From the NCBI RefSeq assembly GCF_009914755.1, contig NC_060928.1: a DNA stretch of 64,000 nucleotides. One strand, 5' to 3'. Position 1 is the first letter of the stretch; each line of letters opens with the position of its first letter. Source of the DNA: the human T2T-CHM13v2.0 reference genome, Homo sapiens. The translations under genes were made by a program, and so were the position numbers. The notes beneath the pieces were generated by a model. It saw only the letters and a list, made by a program, of their open reading frames with translations. It did no database searches and had not been told where the DNA came from. Below are positions 26,050 to 37,886 of this stretch, piece after piece.

Positions 26050-26715
26050 TTTGCTGAGATTGAAAGCCAGAGGTTTCTGAGGACTGGTCTAATATCGACA
26101 ATCTGCTCTGGTGAAATAAGCTCAAGGAACACTGCCAAAGAGCCACAGAAATAAGCACTCAGAGGCAAAGCATTAGTTCTCTCCAGTTTTTCTGTGGAAA
26201 AATTTGTGTGGCTCAGACCTCTCACCCCATATTGGACTCAACCCTGGAGGATAAAATACAAGACATGCTAGATTTTAGCCTTCCTCATTCCTTCAACAGA
26301 GCCCAGGTCTGCAGTTTGGTCAGCTGTCTCACCTAGGCCTGGAGGAATTGTGAGAAAGAACCGGTTATAAGAAATTTCCCCATAGGATTGGGTGGCCTAT
26401 GCAAGCTCGAGATTCTGTACAGCATGATTGTGGTTTCTGCTACCTCTGAAGATTGCCAGAATGTTTGCAGGGATTGAAAACAGGAAATCCAATGATCCAC
26501 ATAAATGATATTTTCCTAATGGTAATATTCCGCACATTTAAAGGACACAACCCTAGAATTGTTCAAGGAAATGGGACCCCTCCTGGTCTTCCTTTCATGC
26601 CAATAACTCTACTATGTGAGTCCTATGTCATTTTTTTACACCCACTCAACTTGAGACATGTCCATTTATGCAACTTGGATCCTGAGACTGTGGCCTTTAC
26701 TGCTTGTCCCATACT
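26050..26715 (+). pseudogene. Decayed Ty3/Gypsy-type pol (reverse transcriptase) fragment, MamGyp-int-like
   Basis: Ordered motifs across frameshifts: YRQS..LKEH, SPVFL, LRP...Y/GLN, IQDMLD, RAQVCS, GL..ATSE/RLPECLQGL, HINDI (=YIDDI), RTFKGH, GL, VIFL, DPETVAFTACP. Spacing from YxDD to DP is 60 aa, versus about 59 expected. Confidence 0.7.
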
Positions 26716-26959
26716 TGCAGGAACATTCCATATACAACCAGTCACTCCCATGGACCGCAAACCAGAGTTGTTCTGAAGATGTGAAAATAAATTTTACATT
26801 TTTTACAATAGCATATATCTCGGTTTTGGAATTCTGTGTTCTGCTCTACATATGGAGGGTTATAGCAGACATTGTGCAGGGTACTATGGGGAATGGTTAA
26901 AGTGGAAAGCTGTGCACCCTGCCTGTTGGAAGTTGACAATCAAGGATGCAACTAAATTC

Positions 26960-27790
<831 letters not shown>

Positions 27791-27833
27791 TATTATGTAA
27801 TCTTATGCCCTGTTATTTCTCAGTGAAATAAAT

Positions 27834-28045
27834 CAGAGGTCAAATCCAGTCAGACTTCTGGTTTTATCTTTTTCTAAATAAAGGTTTTTTTGGAACAAAG
27901 CCATGCTCTTTTATTTGTATATTATGTGTAAATATTTTTGCACAGTATTGACACAGTATAGTAATAGGTCCCAAGTCTAAAATATTTACTCTATTACGCT
28001 TCGCAAAACAAACAAACAAACACACAAAAAAATTGCTAATCTCTG
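27834..28045. mobile_element. MER58-like hAT-Charlie element
   Basis: 'aaataaaggtttttttggaacaaagccatgctc', 'ctaaaatatttactct' and the end 'aattgctaatctctg'. Confidence 0.65.
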
Positions 28046-28074
28046 GTATAAATGTAAGTCAAATATAAATTAAA

Positions 28075-28289
28075 TCTGATTCTTAAGAGGAGTTATTTTG
28101 CTCTCATAGTAGCCATTTGGCAATGTCTAGAATATTCTGGGTTGTAACAGCTGGGGGTGATGGTGCTACTGACATCTGATGGAAGGAGGCCAGGGATGCT
28201 GCTAACATGCTGTAATGCACAGCACAGCTCTCTACAACAAAGAATCGCCCAGTTCAAAATCTCAGTAGTGCTGAGTCTGAGAAACTCTG
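28075..28289. mobile_element. MER20 hAT-Charlie element
   Basis: 'catttggcaatgtctaga...ggaggccagggatgctgctaaca...acaacaaagaatcgcccagttcaaaatctcagtagtgctgag...gagaaactctg'. Confidence 0.9.
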
Positions 28290-28635
28290 CTGCAGCTTAC
28301 TAGTTAAACCCTTCTAATATTCAAGTCAGATGACCAGAGTTAGCCAGCCCAACTCTTTTAACATTCAATGAACTTTGCATCTTTGTTGGTGACAGCTCAA
28401 CTTAGTTCTTGGTTCTCTCTGTGCCTTTTTAACAGATAATTTACTCATGTCTATTGTCACTATATAAAATGAGTTCTTCTATCTGGCTTGACAGAATCAA
28501 GTTGTCTAGGAATAGACAATCACTAGAAATAAAATGGCCCTACTGCAACACATATGCTTTCTTCCATACATGTGGAAAACATAGAGGAAAGAATTATGTA
28601 AAAGCTTAAAGATTCCTATATTTTAGGCCCCACCC

Positions 28636-28920
28636 TGTTCTGAGGGAAGTTGAAATATATATATTTCATGTATATATTTCATATACATTTTGTATATATA
28701 TTTTGTGTATGTATTTCATATACATTTCATATATAGTATATATTTGTATATTCTATATATTTCATATACATATATTTCATATATACATTTCATATATATA
28801 TTTCTCATACATTTAATATATTTAATATGTATTTCATGTACATTTAATATATATTTTTAATATGTTTAATATATATTTCTTACATATTTTAATATATATA
28901 TTTCAGCTTTCTTCAGAACA
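28636..28920. repeat. 30-bp inverted repeat enclosing an AT-rich minisatellite
   Basis: Arms 28636-28665 and 28891-28920 are 27/30 complementary. Confidence 0.85.
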
Positions 28921-29767
28921 AGATATATATATATTTTTTTGAAGGAACAAAGTGAGACTGAAGCAACCACTGGAATATCATTTCAAGTTATTTTTTAAAA
29001 GGCAATATTTTATCTGTTAAACTCAAATATCTTAATTTATTCTATACAGTTTGGTTAATGTGTTTCTTGGACTCTGTGTGCAAAGCACAGGAGAAAATGA
29101 TTATAAATACAGTTTGAGGCCAGCTATTTCTATTTCTCAGAAAAGACTCTTATTTGGGCTAATATGCATGCAACTGTCTCAGCTTCTATCACATTGAATT
29201 GCCCAATCTTTCAGGCAACTGATAGAATGCATATTTCTGAAACAACTAAAACTGAAGTGAGAACCAGTCCATTCACTCATACCCTCTACTCTGTGAGTTG
29301 AGCAGATCCTGAGACACAAAGGTTTGAGGACAGCCCCACAGCCACCAAGCTCTTAGCTCTGATCCCAAGGTAAGCCCAATCATAGAATGAACAATTCCCT
29401 ATGCTCTGAAATGGGGTTTATGAAATCCAGATTCATAGCTAGTGTGAGAAGGAATGAGCTAATATATGTGTATGTTGTTTAGTTCAGTATGTGGTAAGTT
29501 GTAAGTGCTATAGTATTATTAACCATATTTTATTATTTTCCCACTTACTGATCAAAACAATTATATAAGAATAGCTATTATTTGACCTGTATTTAAAATG
29601 TGGATGCTGATACTAAGAACTTAAGTAGCTTGCCAAAGTCCATACAACTAGTAAGGGATCAGGTCAACACACCACAATTTTACTCCAAAAGGCAGGAAAG
29701 GCAAACACAATGACAGCTTGGGAATAGCTTCAGTGGCTGATTTAGGTGACAGTCTGTGATAGACCAC

Positions 29768-30195
29768 TGATATAGTTTGCATATTTGTCTCCTTCAAATC
29801 TCACGTTGAAATGTAATCCCCAGAGTTGGAGGTTGGGCCTAGTGGGAGGTGTTAGGGTCATGGGAGCAGATTCCTCATGAATGGCTTGGTGCCAGTCCTT
29901 GAGGTAATGAGTAAGTTCTTGCTCTATTAGTCTCTGAGAGATTTGATTGTTAAAAAAGAGCGTAGCACCTCCTCCCCTCTTACTCTCTTCTTCCCTCTCC
30001 ATGTGATATGTGCTCACCAGCTGCGCTTTGCCTTCCATCATGAATGGAAGCTTCCTGAAGCCCTCTACAGAAGCAGAGGCTGACATAATTCTTCTTGTAC
30101 AGCTGGCAGAGCTGCGAGCCAAATAAACCTCTTTTTTAAAAATAAGTTACCCAGCCTCAGAAATGCCTTTATAGCAATGTAAATGGACTAAGACA
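29768..30195 (+). mobile_element. MSTB-like MaLR solo LTR
   Basis: 'tgatatagtttgcatatttgtctccttcaaatctcacgttgaaatgtaatcccc...aaataaacctc...aaatggactaagaca'. Confidence 0.9.
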
Positions 30196-31479
30196 ACTGC
30201 TGGAAAAATATCAGGTACTCCCTTAATTCTTGTGTTTGACAGCTCAGCCCTTTCCCTATCCACTTCCCTCCTGCCCCAGGTGCCCCTGTCAATGACAAAA
30301 TGGCAGCTTGGGCCCATGGTGGTTCCAAACTAGCCGGGCAGATTTTATGTTCTTAAAGTCTGCTTTGGGTTGAAATTATTTCACTCTACATTTCAAAGGC
30401 TTCTAAGGCCCCTATTTTCAGGTTACAAAAACAGTCCCAAAAACCAACTTGAGCCAAATCACAAGTAATTGAGCAAATTATGTTTCCTAATCACCCATCT
30501 TCCCTTGCGCCTCAGCCGACAAACCCCTTCTCTTGACACGCTCCGGAGGCCCCAGCTTTCCAGCCTCTTCTCCAGTGTCATTCTAATTGGCACTAATCAC
30601 TTCACTAAAATTCAGGCATCAAAAAGGTTCCCCCAATCAGTTTATCCTTTGACCCTGGGCTCTGGCTTCTCCATCAAGTTCAGGCATTACTAATCCACCT
30701 AGTGGTTTGTCCAGACAGCTTATTTTGTCTGCACCTTTTCTTCTTCTACTAAGATTTAAAATGACGACCAGCTGCATTCACAAAGTGTCCCTTCCCCCAC
30801 TCTGACCCATAAACCCGTTGTGCTGTTGCCGGAGGGCGGGATGGGGTACATGTGTAACTCTACACGGGCTTTTCGGGTCGTGTTTGGGAGAAGACCACAG
30901 CGTGTAGGGGCATTCCTTGCAGTTCCCTCCCCCACACCAGCCCTTTCTTCCTCACACCTGCAAGGTGAAAAGCCAGGCTCCCTCGCTGAGCCTTCAATTT
31001 CATCACCTTTGTTTCTGTCCTAGGGTGAAAGATCAGGCAGGTAGCAAGACTGAAGTCACAGCCAGTGCTGTCAGAAAGTGGAAAACAGCGGGCCTCAGAG
31101 GAGATGAGGCTTAAGAGGATTCCTTTTGTGTGCTGCCTGCCCAACTTAATCCACCCAAAGCCACATCATAAACAAAACATTCTCTTTCTCAGGGGAGAAA
31201 AAAATGCACTTGACATCTAAAAGATAGTTAGGACTCAGCCATTCTCCCCCTTAGCGTAGTCAGCCTGCTCACGTATCCGGGAGCATCCTTGTCTTCTCCC
31301 TTTAAACTCAGAGCAGATCCAAGTCTTTGCCAGCAGCACCAAGGTCATTTCATTTGTGCACACTATCACTATAATCCCCAACATCCTCCTTGAAAAACGA
31401 TGCATAATAAAAAGGACGAAAAGATTTTGTCCTCAGAAAATTAACCCCTTGTGGTAAATAATGGTATGACTTCCGACAG

Positions 31480-31505
31480 CCCCCTCCCCACCCACCCCCG
31501 GCCCC
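31480..31505 (-). promoter_or_regulatory. G-quadruplex-forming / GC-box motif in non-repeat DNA
   Basis: Minus strand reads GGGG-CC-GGGGG-T-GGG-T-GGGG-A-GGGGG. Function not shown. Confidence 0.45.
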
Positions 31506-32266
31506 GCCATATATCACAGTTCAAAGTGTTACTGTCATCTCAAGGTTTGGAAAGACTCTAATAGGATCAGGGTCTGAGTTAGAGTCCACGTGGCAGCACC
31601 AGGAGCTTAGCCGACATAACCATGGAAGCAATATTTCTGGTGGTCCTCAAAGAAGGGAAAACATTTAGCCAGATGAAATAGGTAAATGTGTGGAGAAAGG
31701 TGTTCAGGGATGGGGGGCGGTCATGAGTTACAACGGGGCAATTCCTAGAGATTATTCCTGCATGTCCTTTCCCATCTTGTCCTTCCAATCCCAGACTGAG
31801 AGAATATTGGAAAGGCAGAAGGTACTTGGACTTTAGGCTCGATAAGGACTGGATTCTCAACTTTACTCTTCATTTGTATCAATTACCAAGCTGTCCTGAC
31901 AAGATTTACCTCGTCTGTAAAATGGGTATTAACAATCTCTAAACAGTGGCATTGAGGACTGCATGAGACTGTATGAGGTTTTATTTCATTTATTTCTCAA
32001 AACGACTTTAAAGGTAAGTACTTTTATAATCATCCCTGTATTACACATGTTAATAAGTGAATTATAAACATGATGAACAATGTAGCTAGCACGTTGTGGA
32101 TGCAGACCTTTGCAGATGGACTACATCTCTCAAATTCCTGCTGGCCCTTCTTCCTACCTCCCAGCCTCTGAAGATTAATCAGATAAAGGGGGAGAAACAG
32201 CCTTAGCAGCACCTGGGAATCAGCATGTGTTTTGTAATGTTATGTCTCCTCCTCTTTCACATTATT

Positions 32267-32565
32267 ATTATTATTATTATTTTGAAACAGCGTGTCACTC
32301 TGTTGCCTAGACGGGAGTGCAGTGGCGTGATCTTGGCTCACTGCAACTTCCGTCTCCCAGGTTCAAGCAATTCTTGTGCCTCAGCCACCTGAGTAGCTAG
32401 GGCTCCAGGCGTGCACCACCATGCCCAGCTAATTTCTGTATTTTTAGTAGAGACGGGGTTTTACCATGTTAGCCAGGCTGGTCTCAAACTGCTGACCTCA
32501 AGCGGTCTGCCCACCTCAGCCTGCCAAAATGTTGGGATTACAGGTGTGAGCCACTGCGCCCGGAC
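32267..32565 (-). mobile_element. AluSz-like with (ATT)n tail
   Basis: Antisense Alu; 15-bp TSD ctctttcacattatt. Confidence 0.95.
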
Positions 32566-32746
32566 ACTCTTTCACATTATTTTTTGACGTCCCTTTCAAC
32601 CCTTACTCCTATCAAGAGTCTTTCCTACATAAGCTATTATAAACAGCTATACTCTGAACTGGGGTTCAATTGATCCCTGTAGAACAATATTTGTTCTGAA
32701 CTCATTGTTGCCTTTCCCCCTCAAAATAGTTCTGCTTTAATAAATG

Positions 32747-33112
32747 TGATATGGTTTGGCTGTGTCCCCACCCAAATCTCATCTTGAACTGTAGCTCCCA
32801 TAATTCCCATGTGTCATGGGAGGGACCCAGTAGGAGGTAATTGAATCATTGGGGCAAGTCTTTCCCATGCTGTCCTCACAACAGTAAATAAGTCTCAGGA
32901 TATCTGATGGTTTTATAAAGGGGAATTCCCCTACACAAGTTCTCTCTTGCCTGCCACCATGTAAGACATGACTTTGTTCCTCCTTCACCTTCATTCATGA
33001 TTGTGAGGCCTTCCCAGCCATGTGGAACTGTGAGTCAATTAAACCTCTTTCCTTTATAAATTGCCCAGTTTCAAGAATGTCTTTATTAGCAGTGTGAGAA
33101 TGGACCAATACG
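32747..33112 (+). mobile_element. THE1C-like solo LTR
   Basis: 'tgatatggtttggctgtgtccccacccaaatctcatcttg...attaaacctctttcctttataaattgcccag...gaccaatacg'. Confidence 0.95.
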
Positions 33113-33319
33113 AATGGGAATGGAGGAGTAGAAACATTTATCCAGAGAGCTTGGTTAAATATCTAATCTGAATTTTGATTAGGTCTATCAAATTTTTCTT
33201 GAGTGTGAACAAAATTCTAGGCATGACTCCTAAAGACAAGGAATTTACAATCCAATAGGGAGAATGAAGTATACTTAGGAAAACACATACACATGCACAT
33301 ACACTCACACAGACACACA

Positions 33320-33800
33320 CAGACAGATATGCACAGTAAAAAAAAAAGATGGTGATCAATGATAAGTAATATGAAAAAAAGCAGAAAGAGCAAACGATAG
33401 AGAAGTTCAGACAGGGAGACAAATAGGGAGGTTTTTACTATTAACCAGGCAAAAGGTGACGTGAAAGAAGTGATGATGGAGTGAGGTGGAGTGATCTGAG
33501 AAATAATTAGAACTTGGATGCCTGGGGAAAGGAATAGAGAAAGGAAGAATGAGAGGGAGGAGTCATGGATGCCACCAGGTTCTGGTTTGGGTACTGAGAT
33601 AAGGACACAATTGGAGCCACAGCTTGAGGCCAAGGCCCTAGATACAGAGAGAAGATGATGGATTCTGTTTTTGACATCTTAAGCGTGACATGAGTCTGGG
33701 ACCTCATGTCGTGGATATCTGGGAGCAATTAGACATCTTAGCCTCGAGATTAGAAGGGCAGTTTGGGGTGAAGATGGGACTATGGGACCCCTCAATGAAC
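33320..33800 (-). mobile_element. L2 fragment (antisense)
   Basis: 'gagggaggagtcatggatgccaccaggtttctggtttggg' and 'ttctgtttttgacatcttaag'. Confidence 0.65.
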
Positions 33801-34330
33801 AAAGAGAGGCTACTGGCTAAAGCTTTAGAAGTCTCACTTTTTCGCAGTCTCTAGGAAGTAACTGTCTATTTTTGTGTACAGATTGGCTCCAAGGAGTGGT
33901 TAAGTGAGGGATTGTTAAATGAAATGCTTTGCAAAATGAAAATGCCATAGGAAAGCTGGTGGATCATCCCAATGATAACAGAAGCGGGTATGCACCCCCC
34001 ATGCTGGAGAGCCACTGTGCCAAGACTGTCTTTCTTTCTGCTTAAATTCGAATCCTCTGAGGCCTCCCATCATCTTGCCTCACATTCTATGAAAGGCTTT
34101 TAGCAAATATCAAAGAAATTGCCAAGTTCAGCTATGAGAATCTCATTGAATTGATAAATAGATTCTTGCTTTTTCTTCCAACTGTTCTTTCCCATAAAAT
34201 ACTTAGTTTTATAAGCTAATAAAGATCAAATGTTAATAATAGTGAATCCTAATATCTGTGCTTACCACGTTCTAGGGCTTTTGACATGAATTATCAGATC
34301 TAGCCCTTACAAAAACTAAATGAGGTTGAA

Positions 34331-34774
34331 GTATCAGCTATTGCCACTATAATGCTGTGGAACAAATCACCTCCCAGAACTCGGTGGCTTAAAAGCAGAA
34401 GCATTTATTGTCCCAGATCTGTAGGTTGACTAGGCTGTCTCTGTTGCCCTAGGCTGAGCTTCTCTGGGCTGTTCTGCTTCTCACTGTAGGTCCGGGGTCG
34501 GCTTGGGCATTTCTTCTGCACATATCTTCAAACTGCATTCCAGGCTGTAGGGATAATACGAACAGGTATCCAGAGAGAATGCTTCTCATGGTAATGGCAG
34601 AAGGAAAGAGGTAAAGAGACACTGTGATTCTTCTTAAGGTACAGGCTTAGAACTGGCACCATCTCATGTCTACCCACATGTTCTTTGCCAAAGTGAGCAA
34701 CACACCCAAGCTTCTGCCCATGTGGCACAAAAGGAAAGAGTAAAGAATTGCAGTTAATCATTTAATCTACCACA
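34331..34774 (-). mobile_element. MLT1F/G/H-like LTR inserted in a MIR
   Basis: 'tatcagctattgcc...aacaaatcacctcccagaactcggtggcttaaa...aggcttagaactggcacc...aatctaccaca'. Confidence 0.7.
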
Positions 34775-35406
34775 ACTGGGTATCTTTATTATCCTCTTTT
34801 TACAGATACAGAGTTCTGTATATATAGAGGTTAAGCTTAATGCTTTATCCTTCTGTTTATTCATTTTTCTTTTATTAAAAAAACTAATGTTCTGCATAAT
34901 ATTTTCAAACCTGCCAAACCAGAAATTCATGACACCATCTCTGTTTTAAAGAATCCCACAGTGTATGCTGTGGGAGAGACAAACTTGTCGACACATCATT
35001 GTGGCACAGAGCAGGGGAATCCACAACAGAAGTCTCTATGAGATGCCGGAGGAGCCCAGGGAAATGGATGACTCACTCTGCCTGGAAGAGTTGGGAAGCC
35101 TCCGTGAATGGAAGAGATGATGTCAACACTGGATCTTTAAGGAAGAAGTGGTCATTGTGCAAAAGAAGGCAGATAAATAAGTTATAAGTAGAAGGCAGAA
35201 TGTGTCCCATGAGAAGGTGTCTAGACAAATGAGCATCCATGAAAGTATATTAAACAGAGGAATGGCATTCTTGCTGCAATGTAGAGCATGAATTAGAAGA
35301 AAGGCAATGGAAGAGAGAGGCAGACATCAAGCAAAACCATAATGAAGTGCAGTCTGAATGAAGACACCGACTTTAGCACAGAGGCCTGCACAAGCATGGG
35401 CAGCTG

Positions 35407-35480
35407 CACACGTGTATACACACACGTGTATACACACACGTGTATACACACACGTATACACACACACGTATACACACACA
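35407..35480. repeat. 14-bp tandem repeat (cacacgtgtataca)x3 plus (cacacgtatacaca)x2
   Basis: Directly visible. Confidence 0.95.
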
Positions 35481-36025
35481 CGGGGAAAAAGTCTCAGCAT
35501 AGATATTTTTAGAAGAGAAAAAAGAACATGGAAGCAATTTCAGCCACTTTCTTTAATTGCTCACCTGATGGTCCTGTGGGATAGGATTTCAGCTAGGGTG
35601 TCACACACAGTGCAATTCATCCTGAGACGTGTGACCTTTGCCATTTCTTTTCATTTCTCAGGTGTGTGCTTTTCACTCTGCCACGGAAGCCTCCCTTATC
35701 ATTGACTCTGAATTCAGACTGGAACCTCCATGACTGTGTCATGGGGTGGTCCAGCTGACTTAGGTGGCTGAAGTGTCTCCTTGAGGTGCCCCATCAGGAC
35801 TCTGGGGCTTAGAACTGGTGAGTCACAGACTTCAGGTTTCAGGAGTTGCAGCACTGGACAGGAGTGAAATTAACAATATTTAATTTTCTTGCCTTGTCTG
35901 AGTGTGCTGTATGTACCAAGTGCAGTGCGAAGCATTTAATGTGCAAATGTGCATCATCCCAGACAATTCTGACAGCCTTAGAAAATAGGAAAATAGTTTC
36001 TTTTCAAAAAAAAAAAAAAAAGGTT

Positions 36026-36147
36026 GGCTGGCTGCGGTGTCTCATGCCTCTAATCCCAGCACTTTGGGAGGCCGAGGCAGGTGGATCATCTGAGGTCGGG
36101 AGTTCGAGACCAGCCTGACCAACACAGAGAAACCCTATCTCTACTAA

Positions 36148-36200
<53 letters not shown>

Positions 36201-36371
36201 AAAATTAGATGGGCATGGTGGCACATGCCTATAATCCCAGCTACTCGGCGGGGCTGAGGCAGGAGAATTGCTTGAACTCAGGAGGCCAAGGTTGCGGTGA
36301 GCCGAGATTGCGCCATTGCACTCAAGCCTGGGCAACAAGAGTGAAACTCCGTCTCAAAAAAAAAAAAAAAA
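36026..36371 (+). mobile_element. AluSp with (AAT)17 in the middle A-rich linker
   Basis: Sp diagnostics 'gaggtcgggagttcgagaccagcctgaccaac' and 'ggttgcggtgagccgag...ccattgcactc...gcaacaagagtgaaactcc'. Confidence 0.95.
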
Positions 36372-36714
36372 GTTTCAAATGTCAATTTTTTTTAAAGGAA
36401 TAGCCTATGTTTATTAAGTACTCAATTGTGACTGATTCAAATGCCCAAAAAACTTTCATTAGACCAGACCCATTCCTATGGGCATGCTTTCCTTGAGGCT
36501 GAGTGTTTTGCTAAGCAGACAGGAAAGTTTAATAGAAAGTGGGGCTTGCAGACAACCAGACTTTGAAACTCGGCTCCATCACATACTTCTATGAAGTCCT
36601 GGGCACATCCCTGAACTTCTCTTAATTTCAGTTTCCTGATCTCTGAAGTAGAGATAGTTAGGATTACCTTTCAAGTTATTGTCACTAAATGAAATGACTT
36701 AGGAAAAATGTTAT

Positions 36715-37220
36715 CTGATTCAAGCAGCACAACTGGATTTGAGGATTTGGGTACATTGAGATTTATTCATGGAGATCTCTTTGGAAAACCTTGGGAAGAG
36801 GAAGAGCAGCAGGGTAGGGAAGGGGATGGAGAGATGCAAGAATGTGGGGTCGGGTTAAGTCTAGCTCACTAGGGGATTCAGTCCTGTCTTGAAATAAGGG
36901 AGTGAGACTTTTGTGCCCCTGCCCCAACCAGTCAAAACTATTGTATGGCAGGGGAGAAGGAACCTTAGCTTAACATCCTCTGGGCAATGTGGCTTCAATC
37001 ACTGGACAATCTCCTGGAGAAAACTGCAGATGTGAGCCATTAGCAGAAGCACCTGCAGGACTTGGAGCACGATAACCAAACTAGTTAAGAGGACCTTGGT
37101 GTATCTGTAGGGCACCAACAGCAACTGTTGCAGTTCACCCCTGGCACCATTCAGATCTATGTGGTCTCATGTTAATTCATTGCTTCATGCTGCAGTGACT
37201 GGAGGAATTTAGTTAGTCAC
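36715..37220 (-). mobile_element. LTR16/LTR33-like ERVL LTR plus a short internal piece
   Basis: 'ttgaggatttgggtacattgagatttattc' and 'gcagttcacccctggcaccattcagatc'. Family uncertain. Confidence 0.45.
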
Positions 37221-37429
37221 CATACTGGATGACCTCTTTCCCCACAGTAAAGTGTAGAGGAGAAAAAGAGTATAGCATAGCAGAATGGTGTGATACTGTG
37301 ATTGTGAAGATCAATGCCTCTGGATTCAGACACCTAGGCTCAAACCTTGATTTTCCTTCTCACCTGCTCTGTGACCTTGTACAACCTCCTAAACTGACAT
37401 TCTACCTCCTCATTCATGCAGGGAAGACC

Positions 37430-37886
37430 ATAGTAAGTTGAATAGTGACTCCCCAAAATAAGTGCCACCTGGAATCTCAGAATGTCACCTTATTTTGAAT
37501 AAGGATCTTTTTAGATGTAATTAATATAAAGATATCCAGATAAGATCATTCTGTATTGGCGTGACCATAAATCTCATGACTATCCTTTAAGTCACAGAAA
37601 AGGAGAAGACACAGAGACACATGGAGGGAAAGGCCACGTTAACACAGGCAAAGACTGAGGTGCAGTCACAAACCAAGAAATGCCAACAATTGCTAGGCAG
37701 TCACCAGAGGGAAGGAGAGACTCATACAACGGATCCTTCCTCGAGACTCCAGAAGGAACTGACACACACTGCTGACATCTTGATTTTGAACTTCCGGCTT
37801 CCACAACTGTGAAAAAATAAATTTCTGTTGTTGTAAGCCACCCAGTTTGGGGCAATTGATTAAGACACCCCTAGGAAACTAATATC
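37430..37886 (+). mobile_element. MLT1B/C-like solo LTR inserted in a MIR
   Basis: 'ctcagaatgtcaccttatt...gacatcttgattttgaacttccggcttccacaactgtgaaaaaataaatttctgttgttgtaagccacccagtttg...ctaggaaactaata'. Confidence 0.85.
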
